64,000 nt of DNA. Origin: Nitrosopumilaceae archaeon. GTDB taxonomy: Archaea > Thermoproteota > Nitrososphaeria > Nitrososphaerales > Nitrosopumilaceae. Shown in pieces: positions 20,980 to 29,598 of this stretch. A model generated the notes under the pieces. That model was not told where the DNA came from. It made no database searches and saw nothing but the letters and a program-made list of their open reading frames with translations. The position numbers and the translations under genes were made by a program. Every line of letters starts with the position of its first letter. Within the stretch, counting starts at the first letter, position 1. The stretch spans positions 192,001 through 256,000 of the forward strand of contig OZ242376.1 in assembly GCA_965209085.1 (NCBI GenBank). The letters run 5' to 3'.

Positions 20980-21987
20980 TCATGGTGTGCCGCGTCTGTC
21001 CACAATGTCTTCGGAGGAGGGACCTGTGCCTACAAGCGTGACCGGCACGCCTAATTTTTCCTCGATGTTTTCTAAAAATTTTTTTGCATTCCCTGGCATG
21101 CCTGCATACTCGTTTACATGTGCGCATTCCGGATACAACACATCCATCTTTGTTATGGCTATCTGTGTGGCTCCGTTTAACATAACTGCGCGTCTGGCCA
21201 AATCAAAATTAAATTCCGCTGCGCGCCTAGCCCTGCCTGTGACCGTGCCAAATTCTCCCCACCGCCGTTTTTCTATCTCTTCTGCATCAAGCTCGCCATC
21301 CATGGGACCCGTGCCTACCCTGGTCACAAATGACTTGAAGACGACCATTACCTCATTAACCTTGGTTGGCCCCATGCCTATGTCGGCGCATATCCCGGAT
21401 GCGGTAACGTCTTTAGAGGTAACATACGGATACGTACCGTGCCACAATGAGAGGAACGTTCCTTGCGTGCCCTCTACAAGTACATTCTGACCTTTTCTGA
21501 GCGATTCGTTTATTCTTGCAGGCACGTCAGTTATGTATTTTTTGAGCTGATCGAATTCTTTTGCCAGCCTGAGGGTTCTCATTGCCCGTGCCGCATTGGC
21601 CGGACCTGTTCCTGAACCCGTACTGCCTATCTTTTCCTTTAGTCGCCCCCTGCTATCTTCGAGCTTGTGGGCATCCTCTATGATGCCGCAGTTGGCATCC
21701 ACAAACGTTCTGCCATCCGTACCCATCTCTGCAATCTCTCCAAGCAACACACCCGGATCGACTACCACCCCCGGTCCTATCATGATATCAGATGATTCGT
21801 TTAGAAAACCACTTGGGAGCATCCGAACCTTGAAAGTTTTGCCTTTATGCTTTATCGTGTGTCCTGCATTGGGTCCGGCTCCGCCGCGCACCACTATATG
21901 GGGAGAGTCATTTGATGCTAGATGGGATATGATCTTGCCTTTTCCCTCGTCTCCAAAAAATCCTCCAACCACGACTGTTGCCGGCAT
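20980..21987 (-). CDS. purA: Adenylosuccinate synthetase
   Basis: GDEGKGK, GPNAGHT, EGTQG, YPYVTS and GTVTGR motifs. Start at ATG 21987. Confidence 0.96.
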   Translation of the reverse strand: MPATVVVGGFFGDEGKGKIISHLASNDSPHIVVRGGAGPNAGHTIKHKGKTFKVRMLPSGFLNESSDIMIGPGVVVDPGVLLGEIAEMGTDGRTFVDANCGIIEDAHKLEDSRGRLKEKIGSTGSGTGPANAARAMRTLRLAKEFDQLKKYITDVPARINESLRKGQNVLVEGTQGTFLSLWHGTYPYVTSKDVTASGICADIGMGPTKVNEVMVVFKSFVTRVGTGPMDGELDAEEIEKRRWGEFGTVTGRARRAAEFNFDLARRAVMLNGATQIAITKMDVLYPECAHVNEYAGMPGNAKKFLENIEEKLGVPVTLVGTGPSSEDIVDRRGTP

Positions 21988-22058
21988 AAAATTACAGCAT
22001 ACTGTACAATATTTTAAGATAAGGGAACGTTTAATCGCCCACTCGGGTGCGATCATGC

Positions 22059-22520
22059 ATGTCTGGGGAAAACTATGCCGGAAACATTATTGTAATTCTG
22101 GCAAATATGCCTGATTTTCTGAGAAAACCCATATTAAAAAAACGCATAAACGAGTTTTACACGCTGGATAAAACCGAACAGGATGATATAGTATACAACG
22201 CACTGCAGGCGGGACCTGAAATTCCGTTTGCAAATTTTGGAAGATTATTTGGAACGTGGCTGGAGATCATGGCGGAGCTCCCGCAGGAGAAGCGGGTGCA
22301 AATGTTCGCATCATACGCTTCAATGGCCGCAAAAAATCCGCAGTATCTTGTCAGATTTCATCTGGATGGAATGCTGGAAATATTTCTCTCGCTTTCAGAA
22401 GAGGCAAAGGCTGCAATCGCATCATCTGCACTGTGCGCCATAAACGGAATAAAAGATGAAGAAAGAAAAAAAATTATGCTTATAATTCCGGACGGAATAA
22501 AAAAACAGCTTGGATTTTAG
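22059..22520 (+). CDS. Conserved hypothetical protein
   Basis: Helical ORF divergent from purA. Confidence 0.72.
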   Translation: MSGENYAGNIIVILANMPDFLRKPILKKRINEFYTLDKTEQDDIVYNALQAGPEIPFANFGRLFGTWLEIMAELPQEKRVQMFASYASMAAKNPQYLVRFHLDGMLEIFLSLSEEAKAAIASSALCAINGIKDEERKKIMLIIPDGIKKQLGF

Positions 22521-22786
22521 GCATCGGGGTTGCGGTTGTCCTCGTTGGTAAAGTCCGGCGCCGCACCATCTGCGTCCAACACTCCTACGAATATTTTTTC
22601 CTGTTTTTTGAGAACCTTGCGGTGATCTGACATGGACATGTCAAGCCTCATCTCGTTCATTACCATTACGCGGTATTCCATCCATTCTGCCCAGCATTTG
22701 GAACAGCACGGATACTTTTCTGCCCGATGATCCAATTCCTGACCGTCGGGTATCTCTGTTTTGCATTTTGTACATATTTTAGACAA
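22517..22786 (-). CDS. Fe(II)-trafficking YggX-like protein
   Basis: CWAEW...MVMNEMRLDMS...HRKVL matches the YggX pattern. Confidence 0.78.
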   Translation of the reverse strand: MSKICTKCKTEIPDGQELDHRAEKYPCCSKCWAEWMEYRVMVMNEMRLDMSMSDHRKVLKKQEKIFVGVLDADGAAPDFTNEDNRNPDA

Positions 22787-22860
22787 TAGTTGGGCGTCAA
22801 ATGACGCACTAAAATATCTTTATACAACAAATCTATTAACGGGATACCCCTTGTCTATAC

Positions 22861-23082
22861 GTGCTCATAAAATGTCCCAAATGCAAAAAAAATGCAAATT
22901 TGGGTCAGGATTTTTCAAAAGTTGAATGCAGCTTTTGCGGTCTTGACATTAGCTACGGCGAATACGTAAAAATCATAGCACACGAGGATCCTGCATATTC
23001 GGACATATTGAGCGATTATACCGGAACCACGCAGGGACAGGCTGCAGGAACCCTGGATGATTGGGATTCTCAGACGGAATGA
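22861..23082 (+). CDS. Small zinc-ribbon protein
   Basis: CPKC...CSFC with an acidic tail; TATA box upstream. Confidence 0.75.
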   Translation: MLIKCPKCKKNANLGQDFSKVECSFCGLDISYGEYVKIIAHEDPAYSDILSDYTGTTQGQAAGTLDDWDSQTE

Positions 23083-23120
23083 GATCATGTTAAAATAATT
23101 CCAAAACCTTTGCTACGTAA

Positions 23121-23747
23121 ATGGAATATCTTTTGGAGAACATTTTGAACATGGTTGGGTTTATTGTGGGACTTTGTATAGGACTTGCATCGTATTTTGG
23201 ATACAGGAATACTGGAAGCCCCGTTCTTTTTCGCATGTCCGTGGCGTTTTTGTCCATTGGCATTGGATTTTTTGTAATATGGATGGGATATCTTGCCGAA
23301 GATTTGGTGCTACAGCAGGGCCACATAGACAGATCGGTGCAGGCTCTTGGAATAGCGGTGCAGACTGTGGGATATTTTTTTATAGCATTCTCGCACGGAA
23401 TAAAATCATTTTTTCCAAAAAACCGCGCACTTCGTTCCGTTGTCGTGTTTCCACTTTTGATATCCGGAACGCACATCGAACACGTGCTTCGTTCGGTCTC
23501 ATTCATACTCTTAACATATGGCGCCATTGAAACGATACTCTCGTATACAGACACAAAAAATAAGAGCGTATTTTTTGTGGCAGGCGGTCTTCTAATGCTA
23601 GCACTTGGGGAATTTATCGCATGGTATTCGGTTCTCTTTCCAGAATCCACCATTTACAGTATTTCAGTGCTGATCAAAATTACCGGCCTGCTTTTGCTGT
23701 TCGTACCGGTGGGACGCGTCACACTGCGCAGCAGAATATCCGGCTAG
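23121..23747 (+). CDS. Polytopic membrane protein (putative sensor)
   Basis: About 7 hydrophobic segments; precedes a wHTH gene. Confidence 0.75.
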   Translation: MEYLLENILNMVGFIVGLCIGLASYFGYRNTGSPVLFRMSVAFLSIGIGFFVIWMGYLAEDLVLQQGHIDRSVQALGIAVQTVGYFFIAFSHGIKSFFPKNRALRSVVVFPLLISGTHIEHVLRSVSFILLTYGAIETILSYTDTKNKSVFFVAGGLLMLALGEFIAWYSVLFPESTIYSISVLIKITGLLLLFVPVGRVTLRSRISG

Positions 23748-23830
23748 GCGTGAATGTCAAATTTTTTTATCTTTTTTGTACATTTGATATCATCATACCC
23801 TAAACATTCAAAGATTACGTATCAATTACT

Positions 23831-24118
23831 ATGACAGAACACAGATCCAACATACGGGTTATCGGGGATATTCTGTTTACGGCAAGGGATCGCATGGAGG
23901 ATGAATGCGGCGTTGGCGTCACCGTACTTGTAAGGCGCGCAAACATACCGCATACGCGCATATCGGGAATACTAAACACGCTTGTCTCACAAGGGCTGCT
24001 TGAGCAGACCAATTCGGACGGGGCATGCAGGTACAAAGTGAGCGGAACGGGAAAAGAATTTCTTCTTGAATATCAAAAATTCAGCAGCTTTGCAGAAGAT
24101 TACGGCATGAGCATTTAA
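23831..24118 (+). CDS. Winged-helix DNA-binding protein
   Basis: RS...IGDIL...RRANI...GLL...YKVSGTGKEFL pattern of archaeal wHTH regulators. Confidence 0.85.
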   Translation: MTEHRSNIRVIGDILFTARDRMEDECGVGVTVLVRRANIPHTRISGILNTLVSQGLLEQTNSDGACRYKVSGTGKEFLLEYQKFSSFAEDYGMSI

Positions 24119-24183
24119 AATTCATCGTCTACAAAATCATCTTCAAATTCGTTTACTTCCTGCGGTTCGGGATTTGATGCCAC
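24115..24183 (-). CDS. Candidate 22-aa acidic microprotein MASNPEPQEVNEFEDDFVDDEF
   Basis: GTG...TAA frame filling the intergenic gap. Minus-strand TATA about 22 nt upstream; strongly biased composition. Confidence 0.45.
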   Translation of the reverse strand: MASNPEPQEVNEFEDDFVDDEF

Positions 24184-24230
24184 TGTTTTTCCTAGAACGG
24201 ATTTATATTAAAACCGTACGGGACGTACGT

Positions 24231-24836
24231 GTGGCGCAAACTGTTTACAAATGCAGTACGGACGGAATAAATGCAGCATGCACGGCTGTATCTTCTGGAG
24301 GCGTGATAATATTTCCAACCGATACAGTCTATGGAATAGGATGCAGCCCGTATCAAAGCAAGGCGGTAAACCGCGTGTATGAAATCAAAGGCAGGGATGC
24401 TTCAAAACGGCTGCCGGTTCTTGCCGGCTCGTATGAGGATCTTGAAAAATTTTGCCAGTTTGATATGCGGCACAAAAAGCTGGCCGATAAATTCTGGCCC
24501 GGACCTGTAACAATGGTGGTAAAACTTTTGGATCCGCGGATGGAAAAAACAATGAATCTTGATGGCACCGTTGCAGTCAGGGTGCCGGCCGGAGAGTGCG
24601 CCAAAGCTGTTCTTACATCGTGCGGCCCGCTTGCCTGTACTAGCGCAAATGTGTCCGGTGCCCCCTCTGCAATCAAATACGGCCAGTGCGATATGTTGGA
24701 TGTGGACGTGGGTCTTGACGGAGGGTCAGTGCAGGGAACAGAATCAACCATAATAGATGCCACAGGCGATGGAATGCGCATACTGCGGGAGGGACTAGTA
24801 GGTGCAAAAGAGGTGCAGGATGCATGGCAGGACTGA
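24231..24836 (+). CDS. Threonylcarbamoyl-AMP synthase (Sua5/TsaC)
   Basis: FPTDTVYGIG, IKGR, FWPGPVT, TSANVSG and STII motifs. GTG start at 24231. Confidence 0.93.
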   Translation: MAQTVYKCSTDGINAACTAVSSGGVIIFPTDTVYGIGCSPYQSKAVNRVYEIKGRDASKRLPVLAGSYEDLEKFCQFDMRHKKLADKFWPGPVTMVVKLLDPRMEKTMNLDGTVAVRVPAGECAKAVLTSCGPLACTSANVSGAPSAIKYGQCDMLDVDVGLDGGSVQGTESTIIDATGDGMRILREGLVGAKEVQDAWQD

Positions 24837-25345
24837 TTGTTACGTGCGCCAGGCATTTTGAGCCTGACACGTGCGGGGAAATTGAAAATATTCTTGCCGA
24901 TCTTGGGGATGAATGCTCATCCGCTAGGGCAACCTCCATGTCAGGAATAATAACCGTAGAGACGGAACTGGATCCGGAAAATGTGGTAAATCGCGTGCGT
25001 GAGATAGTGGATGATGAGCCGTGGGCGGTGCGGTATGTGATGAGGCTGATACCGATTATGGAGTGGATTGAATCAAAACAGGATCAAATCGTATCTGACG
25101 TACTGAAAATGTCCAAAAATCTGCTACCTGAAAATACTTCTTACCGCATTACAATTGAAAAACGCAATTCAGGACTCTCTTCACGCGATATTATTACGGC
25201 AATTGCGGAAAAAATACCAAACAAAGTATCGCTTGAAAAAGCCGATTTTATAGTGCTAGTTGAGATACTTGGCGCACGGACCGGCATTTCAGTTATGCGC
25301 GCGCCGGCCATACTCAGCGTGAGTCGGCAAAAACGTCTAGACTAG
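24824..25345 (+). CDS. THUMP-domain RNA-binding protein
   Basis: YRITIEKR and KVSLEKAD..VLVEILG motifs. Confidence 0.88.
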   Translation: MAGLIVTCARHFEPDTCGEIENILADLGDECSSARATSMSGIITVETELDPENVVNRVREIVDDEPWAVRYVMRLIPIMEWIESKQDQIVSDVLKMSKNLLPENTSYRITIEKRNSGLSSRDIITAIAEKIPNKVSLEKADFIVLVEILGARTGISVMRAPAILSVSRQKRLD

Positions 25346-26107
25346 CACGGCTGCGTGTTCTGCAAGCACATCTTCCAGACTGCCGTCGCATGCTGCCTCT
25401 TCTTTTTCAGATATGTTGAATTTTTTAGCAACGTCCATGCGCGCCGGTGCAGAGCATCCGATCTCATCTTTTGAAACCTCCAAGTACAGTTTTTTGCACT
25501 GCGCTGCAGAACCTACCGCCACAAGAACAAATCTGCCGCCTGATTTTGCACCCGCGTGCTCTATGGCCACTGAAATTTGCGTTGTTGCAGCAAACCGAAG
25601 AAGCATGTCAGTTTCCAATTTTTTTGCAAGCAGGGAATTGTTTTTGCGCGCCAAAAGGGAAATTGCGGCAATTTTTTCAACGTGCGAATATCCAAGTATG
25701 CATTCGGATGCAACCGCCTGTATGAGCAATTTTGGAAAGTTTTCCCTAATCCTGTCAATGTATGATCCGGCATTTTCTTTTATGCGTCCAATCCAGTACG
25801 CTTCCAGATGCGCACCATTGATGTCAAATGAGGCGCGCTGCAGTTTTATCGCCCCTCCATGAACCACGGGTATGATGCTTACAGTATCACCGCTGTGAAT
25901 AACAGCACTCATTCCGCCAAGAACTGAGATCTCTGATCCGTTTATTGCAACCAGGGTGTTTTTTGGCTCTATCCCCTCTGAGCCTTTGGGTTTTAACCCG
26001 TCAAGAATATCAAGCAGATCTGCAACGGTAATTCCGTCTTTGTCAACGTCCATGCAGTCAACACCAAACGCTTTTTTTGCGCCGCCAAGCATTTTTACTT
26101 TAATCAT
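25337..26107 (-). CDS. Ubiquitin-like (MoaD/ThiS/Urm1) domain fused to KEOPS subunit Cgi121
   Basis: N-terminal beta-grasp ending IIPVVHGG; C-terminal ETDMLLRFAATTQISVAI..AG Cgi121 motif. Confidence 0.88.
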   Translation of the reverse strand: MIKVKMLGGAKKAFGVDCMDVDKDGITVADLLDILDGLKPKGSEGIEPKNTLVAINGSEISVLGGMSAVIHSGDTVSIIPVVHGGAIKLQRASFDINGAHLEAYWIGRIKENAGSYIDRIRENFPKLLIQAVASECILGYSHVEKIAAISLLARKNNSLLAKKLETDMLLRFAATTQISVAIEHAGAKSGGRFVLVAVGSAAQCKKLYLEVSKDEIGCSAPARMDVAKKFNISEKEEAACDGSLEDVLAEHAAVLV

Positions 26108-26156
26108 GAAACATGTGTGAGACTGCGCTGAAAATTAACCTTTAGAACCGTACGAT

Positions 26157-26414
26157 CTATTCTTCTTCGGTTCTGGGCTTTGAATCAGTTTTTCTCTCGG
26201 CCACCGATGCGGTTTCACGCTTTACTCTCTCTTTCTCCTCAAAGATCTCTCTTTTGACCGCCCGTGTTATGCGTCCGCTAATTTTGTTTTTCAGGCTCTT
26301 TGAGCGTATAATGGCCAGAGATTCAAGAGCTGCCTTGTTTTCATCAAAGTTTGTGCCAAAATTCGATCTGTGATCCTTTAGCACTTCAAAGGATATTTTT
26401 CTTATTCTGTCCAT
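26157..26414 (-). CDS. rps17e: 30S ribosomal protein S17e
   Basis: MDRIRK...FGTNFDENK...SKSLKNKISG.IT. Start at ATG 26414. Confidence 0.92.
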   Translation of the reverse strand: MDRIRKISFEVLKDHRSNFGTNFDENKAALESLAIIRSKSLKNKISGRITRAVKREIFEEKERVKRETASVAERKTDSKPRTEEE

Positions 26415-26446
26415 AAAAATAATGCATCCGCTAGGGTGTTTTAAAG

Positions 26447-27208
26447 CTATACGGCTACTTGGGATTTGCCCAAAAAACGCCCAGAATTTTCCAATAAAAT
26501 ACACTCTGTCTCCTCGTACGTCAAATCCAAAGCTTGTGATGCTGCATATATGACGCTTGGAATAAACGAGACCTGGCCGGATCTTGCACCAAAACATCTT
26601 GAAAATCTGACCGGACCGTCAGTTTCGACAAGTATGCGGTCTGTGGGAGTTTTTGCAAGCAGGCTTTTTTTATCATTAGCATACACCATGACCGGACCGA
26701 ATCCCAAATACAGTCCTGCATCCACTGCGCGCCGCAGCTGTTTTTTGTTTCCGTCATACCAGTGCAGACAGGCAGAACGCACCGAATGGGTGGAGAGAAC
26801 ATCTAGTACATCATCCACACTCTTTCTTGAATGAATTGATACCGGTTTGCGGTGTTTTTCTGCCGCCATTAAAAATTCATCAAATACGCATCTTTGTTGC
26901 GCGTATTCTGTTTCATCCTTGGCCAGCGTGGGATCAAGACCAATCTCCCCTATCCCTGCTATGCGTTCTGTATTCTCATCGATCATGCGCAAAAGATTGC
27001 CCGCTCCCCCGGATGCATTTTCCGGATGCACCCCTACAAACGCAAGAATCATTTCATACCTGTCCGCAAGATCCATCGTCCGTGCAGAATCTGACTCGTC
27101 CATGGAAACACAGCAGGCGGCAGTGCGCGTTTTTTTCATGCCATATACTACAGCGTCAATGTATGCAGCATACTCTGGATCGGTCAGATGAACGTGTGTA
27201 TCATACAT
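26447..27208 (-). CDS. TatD family nuclease
   Basis: DTHVHL, GVHP, IGEIGLD, IHSR, HW and VETDGP motifs. Confidence 0.93.
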   Translation of the reverse strand: MYDTHVHLTDPEYAAYIDAVVYGMKKTRTAACCVSMDESDSARTMDLADRYEMILAFVGVHPENASGGAGNLLRMIDENTERIAGIGEIGLDPTLAKDETEYAQQRCVFDEFLMAAEKHRKPVSIHSRKSVDDVLDVLSTHSVRSACLHWYDGNKKQLRRAVDAGLYLGFGPVMVYANDKKSLLAKTPTDRILVETDGPVRFSRCFGARSGQVSFIPSVIYAASQALDLTYEETECILLENSGRFLGKSQVAV

Positions 27209-27320
27209 GAGAGCGCCGTAAACCATGTTAATTTTCAGCATGTGTGTGGTCTGTATAAATCGCCCCGTTTGTCGTATTTTTTTATATTTTGATTTTAATT
27301 TACATTGTGAAACACATGTT

Positions 27321-27542
27321 ATGAAATCCTCAGAGTTTGGATTGCTTCCAATGTACCGGCTGCTCAAAAGTTCCGGCGCCCACCGTATAAGCGAAGAATC
27401 AGCTGAGGAGCTGCGCCGCATAACCGAAGAAGTGGCTTTTGAGGTGGCAAAGAGTGCGGTGGATTTGTGCGAACACGCAGGCCGCAGAACCGTAAAAGCT
27501 GAGGACATCAAACTTGCCTCAAGAAACATTCTGAAAACATAA
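27321..27542 (+). CDS. Archaeal histone
   Basis: Histone fold RLLK..GA.RIS...HAGRRTVKAEDI. Start at ATG 27321. Confidence 0.93.
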   Translation: MKSSEFGLLPMYRLLKSSGAHRISEESAEELRRITEEVAFEVAKSAVDLCEHAGRRTVKAEDIKLASRNILKT

Positions 27543-27574
27543 CGGTTTAATTGTAAAGCTGGCATACACACTTC

Positions 27575-27646
27575 GGTGAGGTGGCAGAACGGTCATGCGT
27601 GAGCCTGCAAAGCTTATCCAAGGGGGTTCAACTCCCTCTCTCACCT
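27575..27646 (+). tRNA. tRNA-Cys(GCA)
   Basis: Acceptor GGTGAGG/TCTCACC, anticodon arm TGAGC-CTGCAAA-GCTTA, T loop TTCAACT. Confidence 0.92.
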
Positions 27647-27656
27647 TTATAAAAAT

Positions 27657-27718
27657 TGGCAGGCGTCGAACCGCGTAAAAAACTTGCAGGAGATTTACAC
27701 GGGTCAGACACGCTACCA
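27657..27718 (-). ncRNA. Candidate structured small RNA (long hairpin)
   Basis: About 22-bp hairpin with three G.U pairs that form only on the minus strand. TTAAATA lies 23 nt upstream and a U-rich tract follows. Confidence 0.45.
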
Positions 27719-27811
27719 AAGCTAGTAAAAAAACAACTAATATTTAACAATCGGTTTTTTCACAATTATTGCCCTGATCATTTTTATATGTGAGATCAAA
27801 AAACGGTTTGA

Positions 27812-27958
27812 ATGACCGAAAAATGCGCATCTTGCGGAGGAAACATTGCACAAAAATTCATGCCCATGGAAAAATGGAACACAAAGGGACCGCTGTGCGG
27901 CAAGTGTTATTCGAAAATGATATCTGATCATTATCCTGGGGATCACGTACGGGTATAG
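27812..27958 (+). CDS. Small zinc-finger protein, 48 aa (not in the ORF track)
   Basis: MTEKCASCGG...GPLCGKCYSK...YPGDHVRV. TTTTATAT box about 22-30 nt upstream. Confidence 0.8.
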   Translation: MTEKCASCGGNIAQKFMPMEKWNTKGPLCGKCYSKMISDHYPGDHVRV

Positions 27959-28539
27959 TCGTTTTTTTCGGCAGAGTACTTTTTTGAGTTTAAACAGTTC
28001 CATGCGAGCGGGTCGTCTTTAACATCATCTTCATGGAGAAATTTTATATCCGTAACGGTTTTCTTGCGTTTGTGCAACCTGACCTGAAAGCTCTCAAACT
28101 TTGAACACTTGCAGTCCTCGTACAGACATGAATAATCATTCTCGTCGTGATCATCTTGGTCGTGTTCGCAGTCGCATATGGCATCATCTTTTGAATCTTT
28201 GAAATATTTTTTTGCATACGTGCCAAGTCTCAAATACGCTTCCCCGTCGTGGCCTTTTTTGAACCGTTCATAGTTTTCCGATATTGGAAGCTCTTTGCAC
28301 AAAAAGACGTTGGTGTCCGGTCTTGTGGATTCAGAACCTATCGCAAACCAGTATTTTTCGCCGGATTCTATAAACCGGGCCCTTATACTGTGATCGATCC
28401 ACCAGTGGCAGGTATCATTCCACATCTCGGTAACTTTGGACATTACATCAAACAGCGGTACGATATTCATCCTTAGATCGTAATACCTGTACGCCACACC
28501 AAGCAGATCATCCCTCCATTTGATTGCATTATCTGCCAT
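27943..28539 (-). CDS. Conserved hypothetical protein with Cys/His-rich insert
   Basis: CDCEH...H...C....CKC..F segment. Start at ATG 28539. Confidence 0.75.
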   Translation of the reverse strand: MADNAIKWRDDLLGVAYRYYDLRMNIVPLFDVMSKVTEMWNDTCHWWIDHSIRARFIESGEKYWFAIGSESTRPDTNVFLCKELPISENYERFKKGHDGEAYLRLGTYAKKYFKDSKDDAICDCEHDQDDHDENDYSCLYEDCKCSKFESFQVRLHKRKKTVTDIKFLHEDDVKDDPLAWNCLNSKKYSAEKNDYTRT

Positions 28540-28593
28540 TGTGAATCCGTATAATGCACTAGGTATATTAATAATGATGAATGTACTATACCC

Positions 28594-28872
28594 ATGGCAA
28601 ATCGTACCCACATGATGATAGTAGCTGATCTTTTATCACTGACAAAAAATTCAGGGATGAATGGAATAAAACCAACCGTACTGCTCTCAAAGGCAAACCT
28701 GTCGCATTCGCGTCTCTCAAAACTGACTGAAAATCTGATCGGCACAGGTCTCATCTCAAAGATCACGTACGATGGCAAAAATACTTTTGTAATAACCGAA
28801 CGCGGTTCCACATATTTGGAACAATATGTGAAATTTTCCGAGATTGCAGAATCTTTTGGACTAGAAATGTAG
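28594..28872 (+). CDS. Winged-helix DNA-binding protein
   Basis: RT...IVADLL...KANLSHSRL...ITERG..YL; paralogous to 23831-24118. Confidence 0.85.
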   Translation: MANRTHMMIVADLLSLTKNSGMNGIKPTVLLSKANLSHSRLSKLTENLIGTGLISKITYDGKNTFVITERGSTYLEQYVKFSEIAESFGLEM

Positions 28873-28873
28873 A

Positions 28874-29068
28874 CTATTTTTTTGATTTTCGTCTTTCTCT
28901 TTTAATACGCTGGTGCTCTTTTCTGTTGTGCCACGTGGTGTATCCTATGACTCCTACGGAGCCGGCAAGCATCGTATAGAACATTGGGATGTTGAACTGT
29001 TTTGATGTGGCAGCTATTATCATGCCGGCGATCAAAAACGCCAGCATTACCATGGCATATTTCCCCAT
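28874..29068 (-). CDS. Small two-TM membrane protein
   Basis: Two hydrophobic helices and a basic tail. Confidence 0.7.
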   Translation of the reverse strand: MGKYAMVMLAFLIAGMIIAATSKQFNIPMFYTMLAGSVGVIGYTTWHNRKEHQRIKRERRKSKK

Positions 29069-29127
29069 GATTACGGGTAATTAAAAAAAGATATAACTTT
29101 TTAGTATATGCGTATAAACAACCCCTC

Positions 29128-29316
29128 ATGGGTAAAGCACTTGAACTGGTGGGATTGGCGCTAATTGGAGGGACAATTCTGTCATTTACCACGTTAATTC
29201 CGCAAAAATCCGAGTTTGGTTGGCCGATATTTTGGATATGTGCCGGCGGAGCTTTGGGTATTATTTTGTACAGAAAAAAACAGCGATCGAAGGCGGCAAA
29301 ATCTTCTGCCGGATGA
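29128..29316 (+). CDS. Small two-TM membrane protein
   Basis: Two hydrophobic helices and a basic tail. Confidence 0.7.
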   Translation: MGKALELVGLALIGGTILSFTTLIPQKSEFGWPIFWICAGGALGIILYRKKQRSKAAKSSAG

Positions 29317-29474
29317 AAATTATTGTATAATTCTAACCCATTATTGTCAGCTGTGGACGCACCGATAGATCTATAAAGGAACAAATTTAATAATTTACAG
29401 TGCATAGCGGTAATTCTAACGAATGGTGGGTTGGTCTCCCCAAAGATCTACAAGCGGATATTGAATCTGATTAA

Positions 29475-29548
29475 AGCCTCGAGTGGGATCTGAACCCACG
29501 ACCTAACGCTTACGAAGCGTTCGCTCTACCGGACTGAGCTACCGAGGC
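29475..29548 (-). tRNA. tRNA-Thr(CGT)
   Basis: Reverse complement GCCTCGG...AACGC-TTCGTAA-GCGTT...GTGGG-TTCAGAT-CCCAC-TCGAGGC. Confidence 0.93.
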
Positions 29549-29598
29549 GCAGCCAAAGTTGGTTAGAGTTTATAAAAAACCTTTGTGGATAAAATCGA

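Noticed and set aside
26447-27571. 374-aa extended TatD ORF overlapping the histone gene
   Set aside because: The extension is antisense to the histone gene; TatD motifs begin near 27208.
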